A stretch of 64,000 nt of DNA. Origin: Amoebidium appalachense (taxonomy: Eukaryota > Protista > Ichthyosporea). Under the pieces are notes generated by a model. That model did no database searches. It was given only the letters and a program-made list of their open reading frames with translations, and was not told the DNA's origin. The position numbers and the translations under genes were made by a program. How positions within the stretch are numbered: position 1 is the stretch's first letter; every line of letters starts with the position of its first letter. Where the stretch lies: positions 1,368,420 through 1,432,419 of the forward strand of contig CAVNZM010000003.1 of assembly GCA_963693365.1 (NCBI GenBank), written 5' to 3'. This document shows, piece by piece, positions 38,771 to 49,795 of this stretch.

Positions 38771-40240
38771 GCGGGTGATGAACCGAATAAGTTTGGCCAT
38801 CACGGGGTGGGGGGAAGACCGGGAGTGTAGGTCAGACACAGCACCCGTGTTGTCGCATAAAATACGGACATGGTGGGTGGACCAGGAGGGGGCCCAGAGG
38901 GCCACGGCGGCTGCGATGGCCAGGAGTTCGATGACGGAAGAACCGAGTTTACCCTCATGAGCATAGAGGGCTTGGGTGGAGGGGGACCAGGGCATGAAGA
39001 ACCATTGGTCGAGCCAGTGGCCTCCTAGACCCACCGATCCGGCAGCATCGGTGGCCAGGGTGGTGTATGTGGGGGGTGTGATGAGGTGCACCCCATTCCA
39101 TGATGTGAGGAACTGGTGCCACTCGGCTATGTCGGCCCGGGCGGCAGCAGTCAGTCGTATGTGGTGGTGGCCGGCAAGGTGTGGGTGGGTCCGGAGAAGG
39201 GCCCATAGGCGCTGGGAGAAGGCCCTCCCGGGGGGAACCAGCTGGGCACACCAGGTGAGTTTGCCGAGGAGGGACTGGAGGTCCCGAATGGTGATGGTGG
39301 GCTTTGGGTGGGAAGTGAGGTCGAGTAGGTCCGAGAGCTTGGAAGCCGGGATTCGTGCCTCCATGGCGATGGAGTCGAATTCGATACCGATGAAGACGAC
39401 ACGGGTAGCCGGGCCCTGCATCTTGTCTTCGGAGATGGCAATGTGCAGCTCTCGGCAGAGTTGCAGGAAGGTGGATAGGTGACGTTGGCACTGCTCTTGT
39501 GTGGGGGCGACTATAATCCAGTCGTCTACGTAGTGGCGGATGAGGGTAATACCGTGCTGGTGTGCCAGCCACTGTAGGGTGGCCGCGATCCGTTCCCAGA
39601 TGGCTGGGCTAGATTTCAGGCCGAAGGGCAGTCTGGTTTCAACGTAAAAATGCCCCAACCATTTGAATGCCATCAAGTGATGGTCTTCTGGTCGGATGGG
39701 CATGTGTCGGAAGGCAGCCTGCACATCTGCCACGGCCATGTAGCAGCCGGGGCCTGCGTCGAGAATGAGCTGGGTGACGTCCCGGGCGCGAATGTACTGA
39801 AGTTCGTCGGGGTAGGTGATGCTGTCATTGACACTGCTACCCCGGGGCCAGGAGAGGTGGTGGATTCGACGGTACTTGGGGGGGTTCCCTTTCTTGGTAA
39901 CGGCGCCGATGGGGGAGGAACGGTGGACCGGAAATTCGTCAAAGAATTGGGCCGGGGAGAGGGGGCCGCGCAGGTGGCCGAGGGCGACTTCTTTGGCAAT
40001 ATCCGCCGTGATAGCGGAAGCTGCCTCCGGGGTGGTGGGTAGGTTGGGGCCCACCCGAGAGGTGGAGGGGCCGCGATAGCCGATGTCGACACCGAATTCG
40101 ACATCGTGGAGGAGTTGTGCGGCGAATGGTTGGTCTGGGTAGGAGGCCAGCAGTTCCCGGAGGCGGGAGGTGTCAATGTGGTGCTGGGGCAGCGGGCGGG
40201 CCTCCGGGTCTGAGCCTCGGGGGAAGGGGTGGTTAGCAAG
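38582..40240 (-). CDS. pol: DIRS/Ngaro-type reverse transcriptase-RNase H
   Basis: KYRRIHHLSWP, DVQAAFRHMP, LPFGLKSSP, catalytic YVDD; RNase H TDAA / IELLA / CDN / NHLADAISR. Frame extends upstream of the annotated 40054 start; C-terminus is derived from the fold-back. Confidence 0.9.
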   Translation of the reverse strand, partial: LANHPFPRGSDPEARPLPQHHIDTSRLRELLASYPDQPFAAQLLHDVEFGVDIGYRGPSTSRVGPNLPTTPEAASAITADIAKEVALGHLRGPLSPAQFFDEFPVHRSSPIGAVTKKGNPPKYRRIHHLSWPRGSSVNDSITYPDELQYIRARDVTQLILDAGPGCYMAVADVQAAFRHMPIRPEDHHLMAFKWLGHFYVETRLPFGLKSSPAIWERIAATLQWLAHQHGITLIRHYVDDWIIVAPTQEQCQRHLSTFLQLCRELHIAISEDKMQGPATRVVFIGIEFDSIAMEARIPASKLSDLLDLTSHPKPTITIRDLQSLLGKLTWCAQLVPPGRAFSQRLWALLRTHPHLAGHHHIRLTAAARADIAEWHQFLTSWNGVHLITPPTYTTLATDAAGSVGLGGHWLDQWFFMPWSPSTQALYAHEGKLGSSVIELLAIAAAVALWAPSWSTHHVRILCDNTGAVSDLHSRSSPHPVMAKLIRFITRMEMQYQFTLQASYLPGPLNHLADAISRNQLPRARRLRPSLQPAGPGKLVTRNGIGQMVEGSW

Positions 40241-40270
40241 GGTGGGGCACCCTCGGGGAGATCCCGGCAG

Positions 40271-40311
<41 letters not shown>

Positions 40312-40720
40312 GGGGGGGGGGGGCAGCAGGGCCCCGGGGGGGTTAGGGTAGGGCAGTTGGGCCCGAGTGCGGTTGGCAGGGAGGGCAGCGGGGCCCTGTG
40401 CAGTGGGGGAATGTGCCCGAGCACGCGGGGGTGTGGGCGGACACAGAGGTAGAAGAAGGGGGGGGGAGGGAGTGCTAGGTGAGTGTAAGGGGGGGGGAGG
40501 CTCGTGGGATGGGGGGGGGAGTAAAATTATGTGCAGTGGCCAGAATAAACGTCTTTGTGTAGGGACATTTATTCTTGACGCGCGCGGGCGCCGTAGTTTG
40601 GCCTGCGAAATTTTGTACTCAGCCCTATGGGCCCGTTCTCCCGAGCTCCGTTTCCCTGTACTCGTGTGTCCTAGCTCCTAACCCCTATGTTCTAGCTGTG
40701 TGTGTGGGTGTGCGCGTAGA

Positions 40721-41890
40721 CTAGGCATTGTGTTTGCAGTCTTTGCGGGGGTGTGTGCCAGAGCAGAGCGGGCACACGTGGGAGAAGGGGCAGGGCTGCT
40801 TAGCGCAGGACCAACCGTTAATGTGGAAATTCCTGCAGTGCGTCGCGGGTAGATCCACGGGTCGGGCCGGTTTTGCCGGGCCGGGTTGCGGGCCAGGGCG
40901 GTTAGGGGTTTGACCCCCGCCGGGCTTGTGGGGCGGCTTAAAGCCGTCAAGACCACAGCCAGGCTTGGGGTACATGGGGCAGGCCGCGCTGGGGTGGTCA
41001 GGGAAGCCACAGCGCTGACATGCGTCCGGGATGAGCAGAGTGGGTGGCAAGAGGAGATCCTGGTGGAGTTGGGCGAGCAGGTTGGGACACTCGATCGGAG
41101 CCCGACCCTGCTGGTGGGCAACGGTTCGGGCGTATACGTCATAGTTGTGGATCTGGGCCCACGGGTATCGGGTGCTGAGGCGAGTGATGTGCTGAGTCCA
41201 AAGTACGTCTTTGTCCGTGGGGAGGCCGAGGTGGTGCTTGGCGGCCATGTAATGGGTCCAAGCCTGGATCCAAATGACGAGTGAACGCAGGGGAACGGGT
41301 TTGTCTTGGCGAAAAGTCTCGATGCTGCCGTCGTCGGCCATGCGCAGATGCTGACCTTTCTTGGATGGGGCCAGGAGGGCGGCGGGGGTGAACTTATACA
41401 GGTCGACGAAACGATTGGCGCGCAAATCTGCCAGCACATCCGCGGGGGGAAGCGGGAGTGTGCCCGGCTGAATGTCGCCAGTGTTCTCACCTGTGATGGG
41501 GGGCGCGGGCAGGGCAGGTAGGTCTAGGTCAGGGCCGAGATGCAGCCCCGGGGAAACCTCCCCGGGTGCGGAGGGCGCGGCGGGGGGCGCGGGAGGGTCG
41601 CGGTTGGTGAGAGCAGCCAGGACGCCAGCCATCTGGGTGCTGATGGCGGTAAGGGCGGCAAGGATGGCGTCTTGAGAAGTCATCTGCGGGGACGGCGGGG
41701 CCTGAGGGGGGACTTCAGGAGGGAAGGGGAGACTAGCCGGCGGGTCCGGGTCCGTGGTGGTATGGGCCGCTGGAGGCGCGTCAGTGTCCGCGGGAGCGTT
41801 GGTCAGCCTGTGGCGGAGGTCGCTGCGGGTCAGGCGCTTGGGTGCCGCGGCAGGGGCGGTGGCTGAGGCCTGGCGCTTTTTCGGCGGCAT
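40721..41890 (-). CDS. gag: Gag-like ORF1 of Ngaro element, with CCHC and CCCH zinc fingers
   Basis: 389 aa, Pro-rich N-term; CQRCGFPDHPSAAC and CRNFHINGWSCAKQPCPFSHVCPLCSGTHPRKDC; first ORF after the 5' repeat. Confidence 0.85.
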   Translation of the reverse strand: MPPKKRQASATAPAAAPKRLTRSDLRHRLTNAPADTDAPPAAHTTTDPDPPASLPFPPEVPPQAPPSPQMTSQDAILAALTAISTQMAGVLAALTNRDPPAPPAAPSAPGEVSPGLHLGPDLDLPALPAPPITGENTGDIQPGTLPLPPADVLADLRANRFVDLYKFTPAALLAPSKKGQHLRMADDGSIETFRQDKPVPLRSLVIWIQAWTHYMAAKHHLGLPTDKDVLWTQHITRLSTRYPWAQIHNYDVYARTVAHQQGRAPIECPNLLAQLHQDLLLPPTLLIPDACQRCGFPDHPSAACPMYPKPGCGLDGFKPPHKPGGGQTPNRPGPQPGPAKPARPVDLPATHCRNFHINGWSCAKQPCPFSHVCPLCSGTHPRKDCKHNA

Positions 41891-44268
41891 GCTGACCGGC
41901 GTACGGAAAGATAGGGAGAGTGAAAAGAAAATATAGCTGTAAAGCTGTAGGTGCTAAACACAGAAGATGTGTTGTTGCCTGCTGATCTGCTAAAAACTGT
42001 CGTGCTTATATACCTACGGCTACCGAAATGAGCCAATCAAAACCGATCTAGTGTTATGTGAAATCTTATCCTGAGCCAATCAGACTCGGTCTAGTGATCT
42101 GTGGAATCTGATGTTTTGATCGGCTAATAGGTGCCCGTATGCGGGCAGCCGAACGCGAACTGCTAAAACATGAAACAAAGCCTGTTGATATCGGACACCC
42201 ATCCTACGTGTTTACCCAGAAAAATATTTATGTCAATAATTTCCACAAATAAAACCATTACAAATTGCACGAGGGGAGGGAATGACATGTACTAACCCCC
42301 CCCCCCCCCCCCCCCCACCCACCCCCACGCGGGAGCAGCTCGAGGACATGCGTGTTGACGGAGTGCCATGTGATTGACCCACCACCCAGTAACGACCCTG
42401 AGGACGTCAGCAGCCACAGCCACAGCGAGGAACAAAGAATCAGTGCCACAAGAGAGTCTGCGGGGAATAAGGCGACGAGCAAAGATTGGAGTACTAGACT
42501 AAGTAGTTGTCATTGTATTATGGTTAGAAATCAACTTAATAAGCAATTATTCTTGTAGAAGTTATAAATGCGCATGTTGATATGATAGAAAATGTAGAAG
42601 TTTGGAAGTTGGATAATAGCGTTTGTGTCACATGCTCCTGGAGAGCATGATTAATTAAAGAAAAACCTTAAGTGTGCAGCCGTCATAGAACATGTGTCAC
42701 CATCCCAAAGGGGGGGGGGGGGGGGGAAACGGGGGGAGAGGGGGGGGGGGAGTGGGGGAGTGGGGAACCGGGGGGGGGGGGGGGGGGGGGTGAATAGATA
42801 GAGAGATATCCATATAGACATCATTTATATATTCAGATACCTATATAGGTATATATAGAAGTGGTATACAATCAATATCATTTCGAATATAGAATACATA
42901 TTCAGCTAATAAATTCTGAATATGTGTTATGCGCATATAGAATGTCATGACTGATGTCTCATCGTCCCATAATAGATACGTATTATATGCTAATTGTATG
43001 TCTATCTACATATGTATTTCCATATCTAGCTGATATCCAGATGTGGTTCGAAACCTGAGCTGTATATCCATTCGATCTCATTTGTGCACATTTTAAGCAT
43101 GTTACATATATATAGTGCATATCACATTGGATATAATATTGGGCAGGTTACCTGTCACTGGGTCCCTTCGTCACATATCCATTATATATGTTGTGCATGT
43201 GTATTTGCATATCTAGTGTTCGATGTCCACTGGATATCACGTTTCCCGTGGATATCTAGTGGATCCCTAACAGTAGTTATCCAATGGATATCAGGGTTTT
43301 AACAGATATCTATGTACATATTAGCCGTAGATATCCAAGATTAATATCCATTTATATTTACATATCTTAAACCCATGAACTGGATGTAGGGTTATGTTCA
43401 GGATGGGTTTGAGTATATGGATATCTTTAATGTATCTTTTATGGGTTCCGGATGTTTCGGCAAGATTGCTGATGTACTGTGTGCACATGGATGCATGTGG
43501 CAGACCATGTGTGCGTCGGACGGTTCTGGAACACATTACCATATACGGTAATTTTTTCGTTGTGCTGGGCGCACCTAAGGAGATTTGTAGCCACACAAAT
43601 AAAGGAATACGACACGCTATTTTTGGGCAACTTCACGCCAGTCTCCACTGCTCAAATCTTTACTGCTGAACTGAGCTGCCCGCCGGAGCACTCGTCCCAC
43701 CCCCCCTCCCTCTCTCCTTTCCATGGCTTCACTTTCCTTGAGACTTTAGACGCTCCTTCCAGGAGTGATTTTTGCAAAACCCTCTCTTCCCTCCGGATCC
43801 TCGAACACAAGCACAAACCGGCTTGGCATAGCTTCCTGGCCGCTACAGTATGCGTCCGCGCGTAACATACTCCGCGCACAACATAACGTCGACGCCGATT
43901 TTCAAAAATCTTAACATACTGACCTCGGTCATTTTTCGGGATTATGTTAGCGCACCAAGCCTTGGTCCTATACATAGTAGGACGAATTATCGGGTTTATC
44001 TGGTCAGTTTGGACCCCCCATCTTTAGTATTTCGATCTCTTTCCCAGACAAAACAGGGGTTCGCCGTGATTTCCCGCCCAAAGCTCGGCAGGGCCAATGA
44101 TAGGCGGCGGCCGCACATCGCATGGTATGCAAAGGACTCATGTGGCCGACTATGTCAATAAACGAGCAGAAACATACGAAGGCCCCAACTAGTTCGAAGC
44201 AGTCTTGTATAGCTGGTTTTTACATCCTAGTCATATAGGCAGGTTGAATCATTTAAAACCCACCGATC

Positions 44269-44718
44269 ATGACCAAGCCAGTAGTCCAGGTGCAGGCAGC
44301 TGCACTTGGGGCGTTGAATAGTGCACTGCATACAGTAAATGAGGCCACAGACAGGTTTCAGGAAACTACCCAAGAAGCCCAAGCAATCATTTCTGAGGGT
44401 TTTGTAAACGCAAACAACACAATCAACAACGCAACCACACGTGCAATTGCACAAGCCGAAACGGCAAAAGCACAATTGCGCTCGCACATGGAGAGTTTAG
44501 AGAGCCTCAGAGCCCCCACACGCGCGGAATCGCTGAGTCTTTTCCGTTTGAGTTACGGTAATGGTTTGGAGCTTGATGAAACCCTGAATACGGATTTGTA
44601 TAAGGCGAAGGGGGAGGGGTTGCCTCTTACTCGTGTAGGTGTGTGGTGCCAAATTCGTGGTGTGAGAGTAAGGTGTGAGGGAGCAGAAAGACTAGTATGT
44701 CCTTGTTTGTATGAGTTG

Positions 44719-44754
<36 letters not shown>

Positions 44755-44787
44755 CTTTTTTGGTTTGGTCCCCTTGAAAAAAATTAG
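44269..44787 (+). CDS. Hypothetical Ala/Gln/Thr-rich helical protein (3' end probably spliced near 44640)
   Basis: Complex-sequence open frame of ~123 codons with amphipathic pattern before running into (GT)n. Confidence 0.4.
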
Positions 44788-44937
44788 TATGTTTTTATTA
44801 TTATTTGAATCAATTACTTATTGATTTCCTCTATATTTACTTATTTAGCGGGTTGGGGAGGAGGGGAGGGGGGGGGGGGTGGGGGGGGGGGGACTTGATG
44901 TACTAAATGCTAGACTTTCAAGTATTGATTTAGATTT

Positions 44938-45033
<96 letters not shown>

Positions 45034-45572
45034 CACACACACACACACATAGGCTTTCACGCTTTCATCTTCTTTTTTTTTTTTTTTTTTTTTCAAAGTT
45101 TTTTTTTTTTTTTTTTCCGAATTTCCCTTTTTTTTTTTTTTTCACCATCTCAAAAAGGAACTAGTATAAGTATTCTTTGTTTATTCATTCATTTGATCAA
45201 TTTATTATTTGTTTACTACTATATTTATGTCATTTAGCGGTTTGCGGATTCCCCGCCCGATGGAGAGGCCCAGTGTGGCCTCCTGGGCGGGGCGGGCGGG
45301 CGGGCGGGGGGAGGGGGGGGGGGGGGGGGTAACATAATCGAGACGGGCTCTGGGAGCCTATTTGTAGATACTAATTAAAATTTAACATAACGACCTCGAC
45401 CCTTGTCGGGGCGGTATGTTATGCGAGGACGCATACTGTATACAGGAGGCCGCCGTGGCGCAAACAGCACGAACAATTATTATTGAGTGGTAGTTTATTA
45501 CAGGCTTGAGGCCGAGTTGCTTGCCGTGTACAGCATTGCTGTGTGTTCTATACACATCGCCTCCGGTAATTG

Positions 45573-46037
45573 TCACTGTCTCACGTTGTCTTCACTTGTG
45601 CGCTTGGCAGGCGGGGCCGAGTCCAGGGGGGCTTGCGTGAGGCGGGCGGCCGGGATGCAGCGGACGTAGGGGCCAGCCATGCGTATCGCCGTGTTGATGT
45701 TGGCTTGTAGGCAGCTTTGGCAGAAGCGGGCCACAGCGTCAGGGCCATCGACGGCGCACTTGCGGACGTGCGGGCGCATGTAGAGCGGGACCATGCCCAT
45801 TAGCTCCTGTTGCAGCAGCAACAGCTCGGGGTCGTCGTGGCGGCGTCCCGCGCGTAGGCCTCTGACGAGGGCGCCGCACAGGCGGGCGATGCTGGTGTGC
45901 ACCTTGGCGGTGGTGTTGACGAGGTGGTAGATCTCCCCCGCAACCTCAGGCGGTCTCCCGTCCATAAGCAGCCTATAGGCTATCATCAGCGCAGCCTCGA
46001 CGGTGTTGGGAAACTCTTTCGACATTGCGACGTTCAT
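45573..46037 (-). CDS. Hypothetical intronless GC-rich protein (~154 aa)
   Basis: Clean ORF with GC3 bias, ATG preceded by an A-run, divergent from the 46570 ORF; no recognisable domain. Confidence 0.55.
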   Translation of the reverse strand: MNVAMSKEFPNTVEAALMIAYRLLMDGRPPEVAGEIYHLVNTTAKVHTSIARLCGALVRGLRAGRRHDDPELLLLQQELMGMVPLYMRPHVRKCAVDGPDAVARFCQSCLQANINTAIRMAGPYVRCIPAARLTQAPLDSAPPAKRTSEDNVRQ

Positions 46038-46150
46038 TCTTTTTTTTTTCCACTGCAACAATCGCAAACTGACTGACTTTCAAACCTGTTGCACACATGT
46101 TTATGTACTGTGTGTGGTTTAGGGCTACCGGGGGGGGGGGGGAGGGGGGA

Positions 46151-46465
46151 GGGCAACATGCCCCCGGTAAACTACGCAGTCGGGCAACATGCCCCCGGTA
46201 AACTACGCAGTCGGGCAACATGCCCCCGGTAAACTACGCAGTCGGGCAACATGCCCCCGGTGAACTACGCAGTCGGGCAACATGCCCCCGGTGAACTACG
46301 CAGTCGGGCAACATGCCCCCGGTGAACTACGCGGTTCGGTAGCATGCCCCCGGTGAACTATGAAGTTGGGCAACATGCCCCCGGTGAACTATGGAGTCGG
46401 GTAGCATGCCCCCGGTGAATCTAAGAGGTGTGTGCGCCCCCGGACAATAGCCCCCGGTGAACTCC
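46151..46465. repeat. 31-bp tandem array (gggcaacatgcccccggt[a/g]aactacgcagtc) x ~9-10, decaying rightwards
   Basis: Units start at 46151, 46182, 46213, ...; lies between divergent ORFs, just upstream of TATA-like gtataaaag at ~46476. Confidence 0.95.
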
Positions 46466-48002
46466 GCTGGGAAAAGTATAAAAGCACCGACATACATTCA
46501 GTTTGACTTAATTTCATTTCTTCCACCGAGACCTGCACATGCATTCTTTCAAATCTCACAGAACCGAAGATGCCCAAGGCCGTGTCTCAGTCCGTCAAAA
46601 TCAAAAGCGAGCCGTATCCTTGTTCCCCTAAGGAATCGGTCCTTCTAAAACAAATAGACAAACTGAAAGCAGAATATGACAGGTTTGTAACCGACAATCT
46701 ATATGAAAACAATGCCTTGAAAACGAAACTTTCAGGGTCACAGGCGGCGCTGTCCGCATTGACGTCGCAGCTGAATGAAACACTCACCAAACTCGACCGC
46801 ATGGAGCACGTCGACAAGAAGCTAGCCAAGCGCGACGAGCACATATGCACACTGGAGACGAAGATCGGTTCTGTTCGCGACAAGCTGAAGTCTGTCAAGG
46901 CAGAGCTTAACGACAACAGGGAGGAGCTAGCCACGGTGAGAACCTCTCGCGACAATTTCAAAGCAGGGCTTATTGCCACCCAAAAGGACCTCGTCACTGC
47001 AAGGGCCAGTCGTGACGCCGCCGGAGTACAGCTTGAGGCCACCAAAAAGGACCTTGCCACTGCAAGGGCCGGTCGTGACGCCGCCGGAGTACAGCTTCAG
47101 GCCACCAAGAAGGAGCTCGCCACTGCAAGGGCCGGTCGTGACGCTGCCGGAGTAGAGCTTGAGGCCATCAAGAAGGAGCTCGCCAAAGCGAGGGCCGAGC
47201 ATGATGCTGTCAAGGCGGAGCATCAGGTCCTGCAGAACGAGCTCTCCATGGTGAGGGCCGGCTGGAAGGCCGACAAGGCAGAGCTAGATGCCACGCAGAA
47301 GAACCTTGCCATGGTGATGGCTCTATGAAAACTACTCCGGGACGTGTGTTGCCTCTAGGGGGACATCCCCTTGGACGAAAGTGAACCTGCAATGGTTGTA
47401 AACCACGGCAAGCCCCCAGTCATCAATTTATTGATCCGTGAGGTCCTTGTGCCCAAAAAACGGGGGAAGTCTTCGCCCCGTGAAAAAACAGCACGTATGT
47501 GGGGATCAATGGGGGTTGAGTGTAGGGTGTAGGTGGGTGGGTGAAAAAGAAAATATAGCTGTAAAGCTGTAGGTGCTAAACACAGAAGATGTGTTTGTTG
47601 CTTGCTGATCTGCTAAAAACTGTCGTGCTTATATACCTAAGGCTACCGATCTGAGCCAATCAAAATCGATCTAGTGTTATGTGAAATCTGATTCTGAGCC
47701 AATCAAACTCGGTCTAGTGATCTGTGGAATCTGATGTTTTGATCGGCTAATAGGTGCCCGTATGCGGGCAGCCGAACGCGAACTGCTAAAACATGAAACG
47801 AAGCCAGGCCCTGTTGATATCGGACACCCATCCTGCGTGTTTACCCAGAAAAATATTTATGTCAATAATTTCCACAAATAAAACCTCTATGAAAACTACT
47901 CCGGGACGTGTGTTGCCTCTAGGGGGACATCCCCTTGGACGAAAGTGAACCTGCAATGGTTGTAAACCACGGCACGAGAGCAGTATGCTTGCTCCAAAGG
48001 TT

Positions 48003-49034
48003 TCACTTAAGAATAGAGGCGAATACACGTGTGGTAGTGGCAGCAATGGAGGCCGGACGAAGTCGGGTATAAATCAGGAAACAGTCGGAGGACCACCTGC
48101 CGAGTTGTTTGATCCGGGAGTCGTCGACCCCGGCCTCAGCCAGTGCTGTGGCCCCCCCTATGCGGAGGCTGTGGCCGGCAAACCGGGAGGGTGAGAGGCC
48201 TGCCCGGGAGAGGAGGGCACGGAAGTCGGCAGAGAAAGCACCCTTGGTGTAGGGAATGCCACCGAGACTGAACAGGGGGCCGTCGGGTTGACCGGACGTT
48301 GTATCCAGGAATTGCCGGAGGAGATGGGCTGGGGAGAAGTGGGTGAGGGGCAGGGCAGCTAGAGTGACGTTGACACCTCGGGCCTGTACATCCGTCTTGG
48401 AGGTTGGCAGGTGGAGGGTGGCATGGGACAAAGTACCGGTGGGGGTGTAGCTGAAGGTCACATCCTTCCGTTTAACGTGACGGGACGGGTCAAAGGAAGT
48501 CAGGGTTTTGGAGGTAAATTCCCCCGAACGGAGGAGACCACAGAAACCGACGATGAGGGCCGTCCATAGCCGTAGATTGGCCGAGGAGGCCTTGGTGGGG
48601 CACTGGCCATGGAGTATGCTGGGGTGGGAGGGCAGGAGGGGCTCCCTGGTGGATGATCGGGGTCGGATGTTGTGAGAAAGCTGCCATCTGCCCACCCCTC
48701 GGAGGAACCAGGCCAGAGACTTGCCGTGGGGGTAGGGAGCAGGGAGGCCCATGTCGAGGTGGAGTCTGGTGATGGCCGAATTGTAGCCGGCCAAGGAAGA
48801 GGCCTGTACCCCTCGTTGGGCACACCAGGTGAGAAAAAGCTGCACGGTGTGGGGGGAGGCCGGGAGGGAGGACCCGGCGGAGGATTGCAGCCGAGATGCC
48901 ACACAAAAATCGATGAACACTTTTTGCACCCGGGAGTAAAAGGCCCGAGAGTCGAGGTTGAGACTCAGGGCCTGGCATTCCTGCAGGGTAGTGGTGGCAC
49001 GAAGCAGCTCGGCCGGAGCAAAGTGGGGGGCCAA
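48003..49034 (-). CDS. Tyrosine recombinase (DIRS/Ngaro-type)
   Basis: Catalytic signature GLLRSGEF ... SKTD ... GHSLRIGGAT ... GRWSSDCFLIY; N-terminal core-binding-like helical region. Confidence 0.93.
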   Translation of the reverse strand: MAPHFAPAELLRATTTLQECQALSLNLDSRAFYSRVQKVFIDFCVASRLQSSAGSSLPASPHTVQLFLTWCAQRGVQASSLAGYNSAITRLHLDMGLPAPYPHGKSLAWFLRGVGRWQLSHNIRPRSSTREPLLPSHPSILHGQCPTKASSANLRLWTALIVGFCGLLRSGEFTSKTLTSFDPSRHVKRKDVTFSYTPTGTLSHATLHLPTSKTDVQARGVNVTLAALPLTHFSPAHLLRQFLDTTSGQPDGPLFSLGGIPYTKGAFSADFRALLSRAGLSPSRFAGHSLRIGGATALAEAGVDDSRIKQLGRWSSDCFLIYTRLRPASIAATTTRVFASILK

Positions 49035-49065
49035 TCGGCCAGCGTTGCTCCGGAAGGGGAGATCT

Positions 49066-49102
<37 letters not shown>

Positions 49103-49795
49103 GAGCCCAGGGGAAGGGATAGGAACTTGTGGACCCAGAAGGGGAAGGGGCAGGGCTCCGGTTGCAGGTAAGGTCGGAGTCGTCGGGTCCGGGGAAGTTG
49201 GTTACGGAGGAGCTGCGCGGCGAATGATTGGGCTGGGTAGGGGGGCCAGCAGCTCCCGCAGGCGGGAGGTGTCAACGTGGTGCTGGGGCAGCGGGCGGGC
49301 CTCCGGGGCTGAGCCTCGGGGGAAGGGGTGGTTAGCAAGGGTGGGGCACCCTCGGGGAGATCCCGGCATCGGGGGGGGGGGGGGGGGGGGGGGGCAGCAG
49401 GGCCCCGGGGGGTTAGAGTAGGGCAGCTGGGCCCGAGGGAGGGTTTGCAGGGAGGGCAGCGGGGCCCTGTGCAGGGGATGCCCGAGCACGCGCGGGTGTG
49501 GGCGTACACAGAGTTAGAAGAAGGGGGGGGGGGAGGGAGTGCTAGGTGAGTGTAAGGGGGGGGAGGCTCGTGGGATGGGGGGGGGGGGGGAAGTAAAATT
49601 ATGTGCAGTGGCCAGAATAACGTCTTTGTGTAGGGACATTTATTCTTGGCGCGCGCGGGGGCCGTAGTTGGCCTGCGAAAATTTTTACTCAGCCCTTGTG
49701 CCCTGTTTTTCCCGAGCTCCGTGTCCTTGGACCCGTGTTAGTAACCTAGCTCCTAGCCCCTATGTTCTATCTGTGGGTGTGGGTGTGCGCGTAGA

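Larger units (their letters stand above)
38484..42256 (-). mobile_element. Ngaro/DIRS-group tyrosine-recombinase retrotransposon, copy 1 (gag + RT/RNase H, YR deleted)
   Basis: Bounded by the same terminal blocks as copy 2 (tctatgaaaactactccggg... at 38484; ...ccacaaataaaacc at 42256). Carries gag and pol ORFs; no recombinase; no TSD. Confidence 0.9.

Noticed and set aside
38955-41866. Alternative-frame and antisense ORFs over the Ngaro genes (also over 55.2-61.9 kb)
   Set aside because: Shadow ORFs expected in GC-rich coding DNA; conserved motifs lie in the called frames.
46151-46465. CRISPR-like regular repeat
   Set aside because: Units are contiguous with no unique spacers; eukaryotic context; no cas genes.
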